Source: Oligoflexales bacterium (GTDB lineage: Bacteria; Bdellovibrionota_B; Oligoflexia; Oligoflexales; Bog-1112). Taken from it: a DNA stretch of 64,000 bases. The translations under genes were made by a program, and so were the position numbers. The notes below the pieces were generated by a model, which searched no databases, was not told the origin of the DNA, and saw only the letters and a list, made by a program, of their open reading frames with translations. The stretch's first letter is position 1. The number at the start of each line of letters is the position of its first letter. Where the stretch lies: positions 4,460 through 68,459 of the forward strand of contig JBGCDR010000181.1 in assembly GCA_045105515.1 (NCBI GenBank). The letters are read 5' to 3'. Shown in pieces: positions 37,476 to 46,569 of this stretch.

Positions 37476-38201
37476 TTAATAAAATGGGTTTTTTTCTGCG
37501 GTAAAAGGAACCGTTTCCTGGAGGGGTTTGTGGTAGTTTATGCGCATAAATTCTTTAAAATAGTCACTAGTTAAGCAAATTTTCTTTCCGACTCCCTTGG
37601 AAATAGCTCCTCCCCAAAACTGGGCTGCAAGTTTATTTGCAGCTTCATATCGCTCATGATTAACGATGTCAGCTTTATCGAACAGAACACTCCTAAGCTG
37701 GTGCAAATGTGGATTACCTTGCTGTTGAAGGAGCATAATCGCGGAAAACAAAAACTTATCGATTTCTCCTTGCCATTCTAGCTCTAACTGAGACACCTCT
37801 CTATTCTGCTGAGCTCTCTGAAATATAAGGTGAAAATGACTAAGCTCTTCAACTAAAACACAAAAAGCATCAAGGTTTTTATAATTTAAAGATTCTAAAG
37901 GATTCTCTGCTAAAACCCGATTTATTAAATCAGTTTCAAAGTATATTCCCAAAAACAGTTCTGGATCAGAACTCACTTCGCAGGTAGATTCTTGCAAGCA
38001 AACTGCAGCTCTAGGAGAGCCTTTCTCAGAAGTATCTAAACTAGCAGCTAAATAATCTTTTTCCAACAAAAAATCGGTGGCAGTTGGCGACTCAAAACCA
38101 TAATAGGAAGTTAAAAAAGACTCCACGTCTTCTAAAAGCTTGGTAAAACATTTGGATTTAGATGTTGTGGCTTGTTCGCAATTTGTGGTCTCTTCAGCCA
38201 T
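37476..38201 (-). CDS. Hypothetical protein
   Basis: 241-aa ORF with an AGAGGTGA RBS, 23 nt downstream of the preceding ORF and so probably in the same operon. It contains 'VEELSHFHLIF'. Confidence 0.5.
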   Translation of the reverse strand: MAEETTNCEQATTSKSKCFTKLLEDVESFLTSYYGFESPTATDFLLEKDYLAASLDTSEKGSPRAAVCLQESTCEVSSDPELFLGIYFETDLINRVLAENPLESLNYKNLDAFCVLVEELSHFHLIFQRAQQNREVSQLELEWQGEIDKFLFSAIMLLQQQGNPHLHQLRSVLFDKADIVNHERYEAANKLAAQFWGGAISKGVGKKICLTSDYFKEFMRINYHKPLQETVPFTAEKNPFY

Positions 38202-38224
38202 TTAAAATCACCTCTTATCTGTGA

Positions 38225-38842
38225 TTACTGTGCCACTTTCATATTAACCTGGATTGGCTCTATACCTGACTCTTCCAACTTCTTGCGAAGCCGCTCCGAT
38301 TGATTTTTAGTCCACCTATCGTACAAGGCAAGTAAGTTAGCATTTTCAGAATTTCCCAATAAGTCGGCTACTTCAGCTAAAACTTCGACGAGCATTGGAA
38401 AGTTGTCGGATAGAGAATGATAAATTTGAGGGAATCTTTTATCTTTAAATCCATCTCTCATAAGCGATGAAACATTATTATAAGCGCTAGAACCAAGAGT
38501 AATATAGTAATCTATATCATAAGTCTTGCTGTTAAAAAAGTCTTGGAAATATCCTGAAACATATAAACTAGTATCACCAAGAACTTTATAAAGTTTAATC
38601 TGCTCTTCCTGTTGTGGAGATTCTAATGCTTTTTTAAGTATGAGCGCTAAAGGCGTCTCTAAAATATCAATTTCTTCTAAAACAGAATTCATTTTTTCAG
38701 GATTTATAAAATCACAAAGTAAGTTTACTAAATAAAACTCTATCTCTTCATTTAGTTCTAACTTTTGATTTCCAATTGCACTAGATACTTTTTCCCTAAA
38801 AAACTCTGTCGGGTTGATTAATAAACTTACACCTTCTGACAT
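38225..38842 (-). CDS. Hypothetical protein
   Basis: The track ORF runs to 38848 (GTG). ATG 38842 has AAGAGG 5 nt upstream. No motif recognised. Confidence 0.5.
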   Translation of the reverse strand: MSEGVSLLINPTEFFREKVSSAIGNQKLELNEEIEFYLVNLLCDFINPEKMNSVLEEIDILETPLALILKKALESPQQEEQIKLYKVLGDTSLYVSGYFQDFFNSKTYDIDYYITLGSSAYNNVSSLMRDGFKDKRFPQIYHSLSDNFPMLVEVLAEVADLLGNSENANLLALYDRWTKNQSERLRKKLEESGIEPIQVNMKVAQ

Positions 38843-39125
38843 ATGCACCTCTTCTATTGCAAGCTCTCTTCCTCTTCTCAGCCTGTAATTAGGACTAGCG
38901 AATAAGGCGGTTTCCAGCTATCATAGCTTCGGCAGAACACATCGATTTCTTTAACCAAGTTTCATAGCGGAAGAGACTTTACGTCAATAAATTCGACATT
39001 TTCAGCTCGTAATAATTTGAAATTAAAAGGTGTTTCGGAAATCAACAGTCTCACCTGGAAATTTTTGGTAGACATGAAAAGAACCTCACATAGTATCTCA
39101 GATAAAGAAGCATTAAGGTACCCCA

Positions 39126-39494
39126 ATGACTAGACCTCCCCTCAATGACCAAAAGCGCCAAATTGACCACATGAGCTTGGAAGAAATTGTCCACTTAGCA
39201 AATAAAGTGGGTATGGAATACTGCGATGCTAAACGCAAATCAGAACGCCTCGAATTACTAAAGCCAACACAGCGAGCCAAGGCTATGGAAAAATATGACG
39301 ACGGCAAAAGAAGTGAAGCAAAAATAAAACGTCTAGCAGAAGTTGATCAAGAATACATACGTTCTCTTGAAGAACTATCTGAGGCTAAATCCGCTTCAGA
39401 GAAACTTCGTCTACGTTATGAGTCTTTTAAAAACCTATTCGAAGCTCGAAGGAGTATGCTGAGTTACCAGAAAGCCGAAATGAAACTTTTATAA
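39126..39494 (+). CDS. Hypothetical coiled-coil protein
   Basis: 122-aa charged heptad-like sequence with a weak RBS. Its 3' end overlaps the convergent TPR lipoprotein gene by 6 nt. Confidence 0.4.
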   Translation: MTRPPLNDQKRQIDHMSLEEIVHLANKVGMEYCDAKRKSERLELLKPTQRAKAMEKYDDGKRSEAKIKRLAEVDQEYIRSLEELSEAKSASEKLRLRYESFKNLFEARRSMLSYQKAEMKLL

Positions 39495-40481
39495 ATTTTC
39501 TTTCGCATTTCCTCGCTTCTTGCTCTTCCTAAGACTACTAATACGTTTTTTTACATCTGTCAGTAAGCTTATATACTCAGGATCTGTAGATGCTTGCCTA
39601 CGAAATAATTGATAGTGTTTCACTGCTTTTTGTGAGTTAATCTTTTCGTATGCTTTTCCTAATAAAAGATGCGTTTCAGTAAGATATGGTCTAATTCTAA
39701 GCGCTCTTTCCATATAAGTAATTGCTACTTTGAACTTTTTTTCTTCGAGGTAACATTTTCCCAACCCCAACAAGGCACCAGCTAATAAAGGTTGCTGTTT
39801 CACAGCAAGCTTATATAACTTCATAGCTTTCTTAACTGCACCTACCTCAAACATTATGTCACCCTCAACACTATGTAGGTATGCTAGATCAAATTTTTCG
39901 GCGTCTTCTTTAGAAGCTCTGATGGTCTTGAGAGCTTCTCGATACCTTTTAATTTTTAAATAGGTCCTTGCAATGATTATTGCCGTCTGTGCATCTCGAG
40001 GCTCAACTTTTTGGAGTTTACGAGCCGTTTGCAGAGCTTCACTGTAGTATCTAATTCTAAAATAGCTCCATGCTAAAGCCTTGAGAGCCTTGCTATCTAA
40101 GGATTTTATTTTAAGAGATTTTTGATAGTGAAAGATCGCATCAGCATAATTTTCTAATGCTCTATAGGCCTCACCCAGATAAAAATTTGCATCAAAATTA
40201 TTGCTATACCGATACATTGCTTTATCAAGATATCGGACCGCATCCTTATAATTTCCAACTTTTACTAAAACCATTCCCAGGTTTCTATATGCTGTAAAAT
40301 TTTTAGGTCTAACTGCTATTGATTTTTTATAGCTTTCAATAGCTTCTCGCAGGAGTCCATCTTTAGCATACTGATTGCCAATTGAAACATAGGTTCTTTT
40401 GGAGGTACTCTGACAAGATGAAATCAGAGTCGAAGAAATAATAAAAAGAATTAGAACGATATTACCAATTTTTCGATCCAT
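39489..40481 (-). CDS. TPR-repeat lipoprotein
   Basis: Lipobox 'LISSCQS'. It has about 8 TPR units (for example 'AIESYKKSIAVRPKNFTAYRNLGMVLVKVGNYKDA'). Confidence 0.7.
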   Translation of the reverse strand: MDRKIGNIVLILFIISSTLISSCQSTSKRTYVSIGNQYAKDGLLREAIESYKKSIAVRPKNFTAYRNLGMVLVKVGNYKDAVRYLDKAMYRYSNNFDANFYLGEAYRALENYADAIFHYQKSLKIKSLDSKALKALAWSYFRIRYYSEALQTARKLQKVEPRDAQTAIIIARTYLKIKRYREALKTIRASKEDAEKFDLAYLHSVEGDIMFEVGAVKKAMKLYKLAVKQQPLLAGALLGLGKCYLEEKKFKVAITYMERALRIRPYLTETHLLLGKAYEKINSQKAVKHYQLFRRQASTDPEYISLLTDVKKRISSLRKSKKRGNAKENL

Positions 40482-40557
40482 ATGGATAATAGCTCTTGTT
40501 ACATAGTGTTCTTTTTTTAATATTATAGCTTATTTTCTTGAGGACGTCAGCCAAGGT

Positions 40558-40914
40558 CTAATCGAGGACATAGTATTCTTCAAACAATGACCAACAACGG
40601 CTGTCTTTCGAATAAAAAGATAAGATAATCTGCTTTTCTTGCCAATCTTTATAGCTTGCAGCATTATAGGTATAATACCTTAAACTTAATGATCCAGACT
40701 TTCCTGTTACCATATTATTTGGTACAGGCATGAAATCATCCAAATAGTAACACTCATTAGGGGTATTTTTCAAAAATGGTAATGCAACTCCTTGATCTGT
40801 TAACTTCTTGGTGGAAATCAAGAGTTGGCAAGCTGACAGCAAGTACAGCGAAACTAGGAGAGCAAATCTAGTGAAGATGTTCATAACCATCCCGCTTACT
40901 TTTAGATTACTCAT
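40558..40914 (-). CDS. Small hypothetical lipoprotein
   Basis: Lipobox 'YLLSAC'. The start is ambiguous (ATG 40914 or 40890); the track ORF starts at 40968. Confidence 0.45.
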   Translation of the reverse strand: MSNLKVSGMVMNIFTRFALLVSLYLLSACQLLISTKKLTDQGVALPFLKNTPNECYYLDDFMPVPNNMVTGKSGSLSLRYYTYNAASYKDWQEKQIILSFYSKDSRCWSLFEEYYVLD

Positions 40915-41004
40915 ACCCTTATTCCCTGAATTTATTAATAACTCCAAAAAACATTCGTCGATCCCCAATTTACCTTTAGGTTATTTTTTATAGGGTACTG
41001 TTTT

Positions 41005-42288
41005 ATGAAGATTTTTTTTATTTTTTTGGTTTTTATGCTAAGTGCTTGCACGATCTTTATTGGCAAAAGGCAATCATTGTGGACCGAGTTAGACAAAACC
41101 GAAACAGTTTCCTGTGAGAGCATATCCCCCCCACTCAATCACATTGGACTTATGGATGTGATGCTGATCAAAGATAGAAACAGTTCTTCTTTTCTTTTAA
41201 AATCAAAATCTCGTTTAAATGAAAACAAATTTTTCACCTATAAAATCCCAACAGATGGGAGTATTAATGAAGAGCTCTTCGTACCCGTAAGTTTAAACCC
41301 AGAGTCTGAGTGGGCAGGCTCTGGAAAGGGTATATGGGGAATGTATGAAAGTACCCTAGAAAATGAAGCACAAAACAAGACCGAGAAGGTACATCTCAAA
41401 CTTTATTCCGTTAGCAATAATAGGAAATCTGCTAAGAAATTAGCACCAATTACTCTTAATAGCAATCCTGACAAGATTTTTCTCAAAGAAAGTAGACAGG
41501 GACTTTGGTTGGTAGATCAAAAAGATTCGAAATTTAATCTACACAATCTTGAATTAGAGACAAATACTGAAAAATATTCAACCCTAAAAATGCAAACAAG
41601 TTTCTATGCTAAGCCAAGTCCTTTCACAATCAGATCCGAGGATAATGAATATGCTATTTTTCTAGAAGAAACAGGGGGTGACCTCATTGCTGAGGAAGCT
41701 GAAGAAGGAGAAATCAACATAGAAGAGTATTTAGAGGCTGATGACTTAACAACTCCATCCATAAACCTGGAAACAAATCCAATCACCAATACCTTCAAAC
41801 TTCAAGCTCTCAACTCCCAGGATGCAACAACGCTCGAGTTACCCACCAAACAAGGTATAGAAAATTGGAGTATCCATCCTCATAACTCTGGTTTTTACCT
41901 AGCGTACCTTGAAGGGGATTCTTTGATTGGACAAGCGAAACTACATATAGCAAATTATCTAATCTCCAATAGTAAACAAGAGCTGGTTTGGTTCAAAACC
42001 TTTCCTATGAACCATATTCATGTTGGAGATATTGAATGGATAGACCTCAAAAACGGTAAAGTCCAGCTTCATTTTCTTAAATGGTTAGATGGAGAGGCCA
42101 CCTTGGCTTCTTTTAACCTTGCGCAGACCGAGGTTAATCCTATAGAAAATAAAGGTGTCTTTCCAAGTGGAAGTACCTTGATGGGAGTTTTTGCTCCCAA
42201 AACGGATAACGATTTATACTATGCCCTGATTCGTTACAGTAGTGGAGCCTTTTGGCAATTTGACGTATGTCAGCTATACAATGACTGA
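41005..42288 (+). CDS. Hypothetical lipoprotein
   Basis: 427 aa. The signal peptide plus lipobox is 'MKIFFIFLVFMLSAC'. No family recognised. Confidence 0.55.
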   Translation: MKIFFIFLVFMLSACTIFIGKRQSLWTELDKTETVSCESISPPLNHIGLMDVMLIKDRNSSSFLLKSKSRLNENKFFTYKIPTDGSINEELFVPVSLNPESEWAGSGKGIWGMYESTLENEAQNKTEKVHLKLYSVSNNRKSAKKLAPITLNSNPDKIFLKESRQGLWLVDQKDSKFNLHNLELETNTEKYSTLKMQTSFYAKPSPFTIRSEDNEYAIFLEETGGDLIAEEAEEGEINIEEYLEADDLTTPSINLETNPITNTFKLQALNSQDATTLELPTKQGIENWSIHPHNSGFYLAYLEGDSLIGQAKLHIANYLISNSKQELVWFKTFPMNHIHVGDIEWIDLKNGKVQLHFLKWLDGEATLASFNLAQTEVNPIENKGVFPSGSTLMGVFAPKTDNDLYYALIRYSSGAFWQFDVCQLYND

Positions 42289-42311
42289 GGGGCCAGCTAA
42301 GGATTAGAGAA

Positions 42312-43220
42312 ATGGGATCTTACTCACCCGAAGAGAGGCTCGCCAGCCTCAATTTTTTAAGTAGCTCAGTTTTTTTTTTCAAAGATATCAAATTAGTACA
42401 TAGTGTTTTTGCTCTCCCCTTTGCTGCAGTTGCCATGCTAATGATACCGCTACCTGATAATTTGCTGCAGATTTCTCCATATTTGCTGGTTTGTATGATT
42501 ACAGCAAGAAGCTTCGCCATGGGCATGAACAGATATCTGGATCGCCATATCGATAAGTTAAATCCGAGGACAGCAGATCGCCTAATCGCAAATGGCACTC
42601 TAAGCCCCAAGTTTGGTCTCATGTGGAGCCTGCTTATGGGTTTGAGCTTCACGATATCTTCGTTTTTGATATCTACCTCGGTAGGCTTTTTAAGTCTACC
42701 TCTACTGCTCATTCTTGCAGCATATTCTCTTATGAAGAAAATTACATGCTTGACTCATTGGTACCTTGGTTTTTGCCTAGGCCTGGCACCAGTAGCAGTG
42801 TGTGTGGCTCTTTCTGGAACTGTAACAATACCGGTCATACTGATTGGAGTTGCCGTTATGATGTGGACAGCCGGCTTTGATATTCTTTATTCTCTTCAAG
42901 ATCATAGTTTTGATCTGAATGAAAATTTGCATAGCATTCCTTCGAAATTTGGCACTAGTGCAGCAGTTTACATAAGCAGGATTTCTTTTTTAGTGATGCT
43001 ATTGAGCCTCACCCTCTGCGGTATTGAGGCTGAATTTGGCACAACTTATTTTCTAGGTTTGGGAGTCATAGCTTTATTCTTAACATATGAACATTGGCTC
43101 GTTCGTGATGTACTACAATTTGGACATTCGAAGAATATCAATAAAGCCTTCTTTAATGTCAATGCTTGGGTAGGCATTTTGTTTTTCATAGTCGTGCAGC
43201 TTGATCGATTTTTAACCTAG
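42312..43220 (+). CDS. UbiA-family aromatic prenyltransferase (quinone biosynthesis)
   Basis: The first Asp-rich motif is 'NRYLDRHIDKLNPRT' (NxxxDxxxD) and the second is 'DILYSLQD'. About 8 transmembrane segments. Confidence 0.8.
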   Translation: MGSYSPEERLASLNFLSSSVFFFKDIKLVHSVFALPFAAVAMLMIPLPDNLLQISPYLLVCMITARSFAMGMNRYLDRHIDKLNPRTADRLIANGTLSPKFGLMWSLLMGLSFTISSFLISTSVGFLSLPLLLILAAYSLMKKITCLTHWYLGFCLGLAPVAVCVALSGTVTIPVILIGVAVMMWTAGFDILYSLQDHSFDLNENLHSIPSKFGTSAAVYISRISFLVMLLSLTLCGIEAEFGTTYFLGLGVIALFLTYEHWLVRDVLQFGHSKNINKAFFNVNAWVGILFFIVVQLDRFLT

Positions 43221-43429
43221 AACGATCATGCCTATAATTCTTCTCAATTAATTACCAGAAAAAACTTCCCAGTTATAAAAGGTCTAAACAACTAAAAGTC
43301 TTATCATTATACCAAAATAATGGATTCTTTTTACCTCCGAAAAATTCACCTATTGAGCAATCAAGCAGATCGCGATAATTTTAATCCTAGGAAACTTACT
43401 CCATTCCTAACTATTCAGGCTACGACTAA

Positions 43430-44107
43430 ATGCCAACTGTATGGATCTGTGAAAAAATTAAATCCTGGGAACGATCTCTTATCGCAATGCTTTGTTGTAA
43501 GTATCCGGTCTTCCTTGTAGATGAGCTAGAAAAACTTATTGAAGGATTTGCTTTAAGACAAAATCAAGACCTCAAAGGGCACCTCATTATCGATCTAGAC
43601 TCCTTCGACATCACTTTAAAATGCCTAAGAACACTTATATCTCCTTTAAAACCAACTGGTTCAACAATTATTCTATCTAAGGAATTTCAAGCTCAGGAAA
43701 AGCTTAACACCCCAATATTTTCTGAAAAACCTGAATACCTCGTAAACACTCTAAATTCTGAAATTGTTCTTACCAGGCTAATAGGAAAATCCACAAGTTC
43801 AGAAGCTTCAAATAACGGCTCTATAAGGTATAAAACGATTGAATTTTCGTTTGAAAAAATGTTTTTGAGATTCCTACCTGATGGAGAGCCAGAAAGTCTA
43901 CCGCTAAAAGAAGCTAGACTCCTGAGAGTATTGCTTCAAGATCCAACAAAGATTTGGACTAGAAACGAGCTTCAACAGGCTGTTTGGGATCGTCTAAAAG
44001 TATCTCCTCGTACCATTGATAGTCACATTTCACGGCTGAGAAAAAAGCTCCACTATTCTGGAATAAACATCGAATCTAAATATGGTGGTGGATATACAAT
44101 CACTTAG
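43430..44107 (+). CDS. OmpR/PhoB-type winged-helix regulator with divergent receiver-like N-domain
   Basis: The C-terminus is 'LPLKEARLLRVLLQDPTKIWTRNELQQAVWDRLKVSPRTIDSHISRLRKKL...GGGYTI'. The N-domain is 'PVFLVDE...HLIIDLD...TIILS...EKPE'. The start may be ATG 43490. Confidence 0.7.
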   Translation: MPTVWICEKIKSWERSLIAMLCCKYPVFLVDELEKLIEGFALRQNQDLKGHLIIDLDSFDITLKCLRTLISPLKPTGSTIILSKEFQAQEKLNTPIFSEKPEYLVNTLNSEIVLTRLIGKSTSSEASNNGSIRYKTIEFSFEKMFLRFLPDGEPESLPLKEARLLRVLLQDPTKIWTRNELQQAVWDRLKVSPRTIDSHISRLRKKLHYSGINIESKYGGGYTIT

Positions 44108-44175
44108 TGTGCACTGCAAAGAAACTATGATAATAATAGGCTATCATAATTAGTCATCTTCGTAGGTCTTTGTAT

Positions 44176-45576
44176 ATGCTTTATTTCAGACACCTCATTT
44201 TTTTTGTCTCCATACAAATACTAGGACTAACTCCATTACCTTGTTTAGCAAGTCAGGAACTAGACTGGCTCGCTTTCGGCGATATACGCGGCAACATAGA
44301 AACATGCGGATGTGACCCAAGAACTGATCTAGGGGGAATTGAGCGCATTGCGAGTTTAATCGCCCGAGAACGAGCAGTAAATCCTCATATATTAATATTG
44401 GATCTCGGCAACAACTTTCACAAAAACGAAGCCATCAAATCTAAATACTTGGCCCATGGATTAACCCAAATTGGTGCAAGTGCTTCTTTAGTGAACCACG
44501 CAGAACTACAAATTAATCCTAGCTTGTGGGGTGATAGGTCATTTGTGATTGGTAACTTAAATAAAAAACACAGAGCTTACTCGCAAACCAAACCTTTCAT
44601 AGTGCATAATAATATTCTCATACTAGGTTATCACTGGGATGAGGATCATAAAGAATTTCTTGGCCGCTGGAACAAGCATCTATCAAAAACTTACAAAGAA
44701 TATCTTGATAAATTTCCTAAGCACCAGAAGGTTCTTTTATTTAGTGGACCTATTTCTGACCTTCACAAAATTGCAACTACTAATTGGTTTAACCTTATAA
44801 TTAGCAGCAATACAAAGCATGAAGATGAAAAACCGGGTTTTGAAGAAAAAGAAAATCCAGATAGGCTGCTTAGGTTTGAAAAGCCTTTTGTACGTATGGT
44901 CCCGCTTGGAGGTATCGGAGTTTTAAGAGGTGGCAAACTCATGCAAAAAGAAGCACCTTCTCTTGCTAAGCTATTTGAATCTTCCTCTGATATGAGTTCT
45001 ACAGGCTCAGAACTCTCCTTTGGACATAAATTGAATTCAGTTCCATCTGAAAATTCAGCGCTGAACTCTGTTACTGTTTCATGGTTAGACTACACATTCG
45101 ACGAGGGTTCACCTCTTAATAACCTTATGCAAGCTTATAATGCAGAAACTAAGGAGGTTTTTGAAAAAATTGCTAAATCACGATTAAAAGACCTTCAAAA
45201 CACGTCTTTTATCGGTGCTAACGCATGTAAAACATGCCATCCCAAAGCCTTTAAAACATGGGATAAATCAAATCATGCTCATGCTTATGACACTTTGGAA
45301 AACGCGGGAAAAGACAAAGACCCTGAATGTGTTTCATGTCACGTCCTAGGATTTTCAGAAAAGGGGGGATTTATTTCAAAAAAAGAAAGCCCGCAGTTTG
45401 CACATGTCCAATGTGAAAATTGCCATGGCCCAGGCAAAGCTCACGCTCAAAATCCAAATCAACCCCCAAGCAGTAATCAAGCAAAAAACATCTGTGTCAG
45501 CTGTCATCACGTCCCCCACTCTTCAAACTTCGTCTTTGACTCTTACTGGAAAAAAATTCAGCATGGGCAAAAATAG
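44176..45576 (+). CDS. Periplasmic tetrahaem c-type cytochrome fused to a degenerate metallophosphoesterase-like N-domain
   Basis: Four CxxCH motifs: 'ANACKTCHPKAF', 'DPECVSCHVLGF', 'VQCENCHGPGKAH', 'NICVSCHHVPH' (cytochrome c554-like layout). The N-domain reads 'LAFGDIRGNIETCGCDPRTDLGGIERIASLI...ILDLGNNF...LVNHAE'. Signal peptide present. I preferred ATG 44176 over TTG 44170. Confidence 0.8.
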   Translation: MLYFRHLIFFVSIQILGLTPLPCLASQELDWLAFGDIRGNIETCGCDPRTDLGGIERIASLIARERAVNPHILILDLGNNFHKNEAIKSKYLAHGLTQIGASASLVNHAELQINPSLWGDRSFVIGNLNKKHRAYSQTKPFIVHNNILILGYHWDEDHKEFLGRWNKHLSKTYKEYLDKFPKHQKVLLFSGPISDLHKIATTNWFNLIISSNTKHEDEKPGFEEKENPDRLLRFEKPFVRMVPLGGIGVLRGGKLMQKEAPSLAKLFESSSDMSSTGSELSFGHKLNSVPSENSALNSVTVSWLDYTFDEGSPLNNLMQAYNAETKEVFEKIAKSRLKDLQNTSFIGANACKTCHPKAFKTWDKSNHAHAYDTLENAGKDKDPECVSCHVLGFSEKGGFISKKESPQFAHVQCENCHGPGKAHAQNPNQPPSSNQAKNICVSCHHVPHSSNFVFDSYWKKIQHGQK

Positions 45577-45631
45577 GCTAGTCAATGCTATAATATGCAA
45601 AACGTCTTAAATTAATCTAGTAGGACTACGA

Positions 45632-46561
45632 ATGCCACATCCCCTCAGTAGAAGAATGGCAGTAAGAATGATTCCATTTGGATTGGTAATTGGGACATGT
45701 ACAGTCCTTCTCCAATGTTTAAACAATAAGAAAAAGAAAAACGATCAAACAGGCGAAGAACTTGAAGAAGGATCAGGTACACCTACCTTCGAACAAGAAA
45801 ACCCTAAAGAAGAGTTAAAAAAAGAAGACTCCAGTAACAAGCAAAAAGACAATACACCGAATGTTTTCCAAACTACGAAGCCAAATTGTATTGATGGATC
45901 AAACCAAATTGCAATAGATAAAGTACAAGATGCAGAAGAAGCCTTTGATCCGATCATAAAACTATTCGGGCTCGAAAGTAATGCGATGATAGTAATCGCC
46001 CTGCCTAAATACCAGCATAGTAACTTGAAGGATATTTTTTTGCTAACCAATACGGGGACACTACTAGCTCATAAAGGTATTGGCCAACTCAGTGATATTG
46101 ATGTAGATAAGACCTTAAAACCCGTCGTATTTGACAACATATTCATTGGAAACCATCGACGATTTGCACTTCTTTATCAGACTATAGACAACTTGTATTC
46201 AAAACATGTCCTGGGAAAATCCATTCAGTTTGAAACAAATTTTAATGGAAAGAAAGTCTATGGGCTCACTCCAGTGTCAGTACCAACTCAAGACTATTTC
46301 AAATCATATATTAACAACATTGTAGAGCCAATCAAAGAACAGTTTGATTATCAGCAGGATCAAAATATCCCTATTTTTGCAGGCCTTGATACCAAATTCC
46401 ATCCTTTAACCTTAGATAAGAATAGCCTAATTACTGACCTAATTGGCACGAGCTTGAATACCACAAATGGAGAATTCAAGGATTTCGGTCGGCATAATAT
46501 GTTTATTCATTACAAATTGGTTGAAGACTTTTATTTAAGAACCATAATCAAGATTGTGTGA
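45632..46561 (+). CDS. Hypothetical exported protein (possible lipoprotein) with Lys/Glu-rich linker
   Basis: 309 aa. N-terminal 'RMIPFGLVIGTCTVLLQC' is followed by a low-complexity KKKKNDQTGEELEEG... linker. Confidence 0.5.
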   Translation: MPHPLSRRMAVRMIPFGLVIGTCTVLLQCLNNKKKKNDQTGEELEEGSGTPTFEQENPKEELKKEDSSNKQKDNTPNVFQTTKPNCIDGSNQIAIDKVQDAEEAFDPIIKLFGLESNAMIVIALPKYQHSNLKDIFLLTNTGTLLAHKGIGQLSDIDVDKTLKPVVFDNIFIGNHRRFALLYQTIDNLYSKHVLGKSIQFETNFNGKKVYGLTPVSVPTQDYFKSYINNIVEPIKEQFDYQQDQNIPIFAGLDTKFHPLTLDKNSLITDLIGTSLNTTNGEFKDFGRHNMFIHYKLVEDFYLRTIIKIV

Positions 46562-46569
46562 GTTTCTCT

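Noticed and set aside
42370-42379. T10 homopolymer inside the UbiA-family gene, and A9 runs at 26052-26060 and 46859-46867, as phase-variation switches
   Set aside because: Such runs are expected in AT-rich coding DNA (Phe/Lys codons). All frames are intact, and nothing suggests contingency loci.
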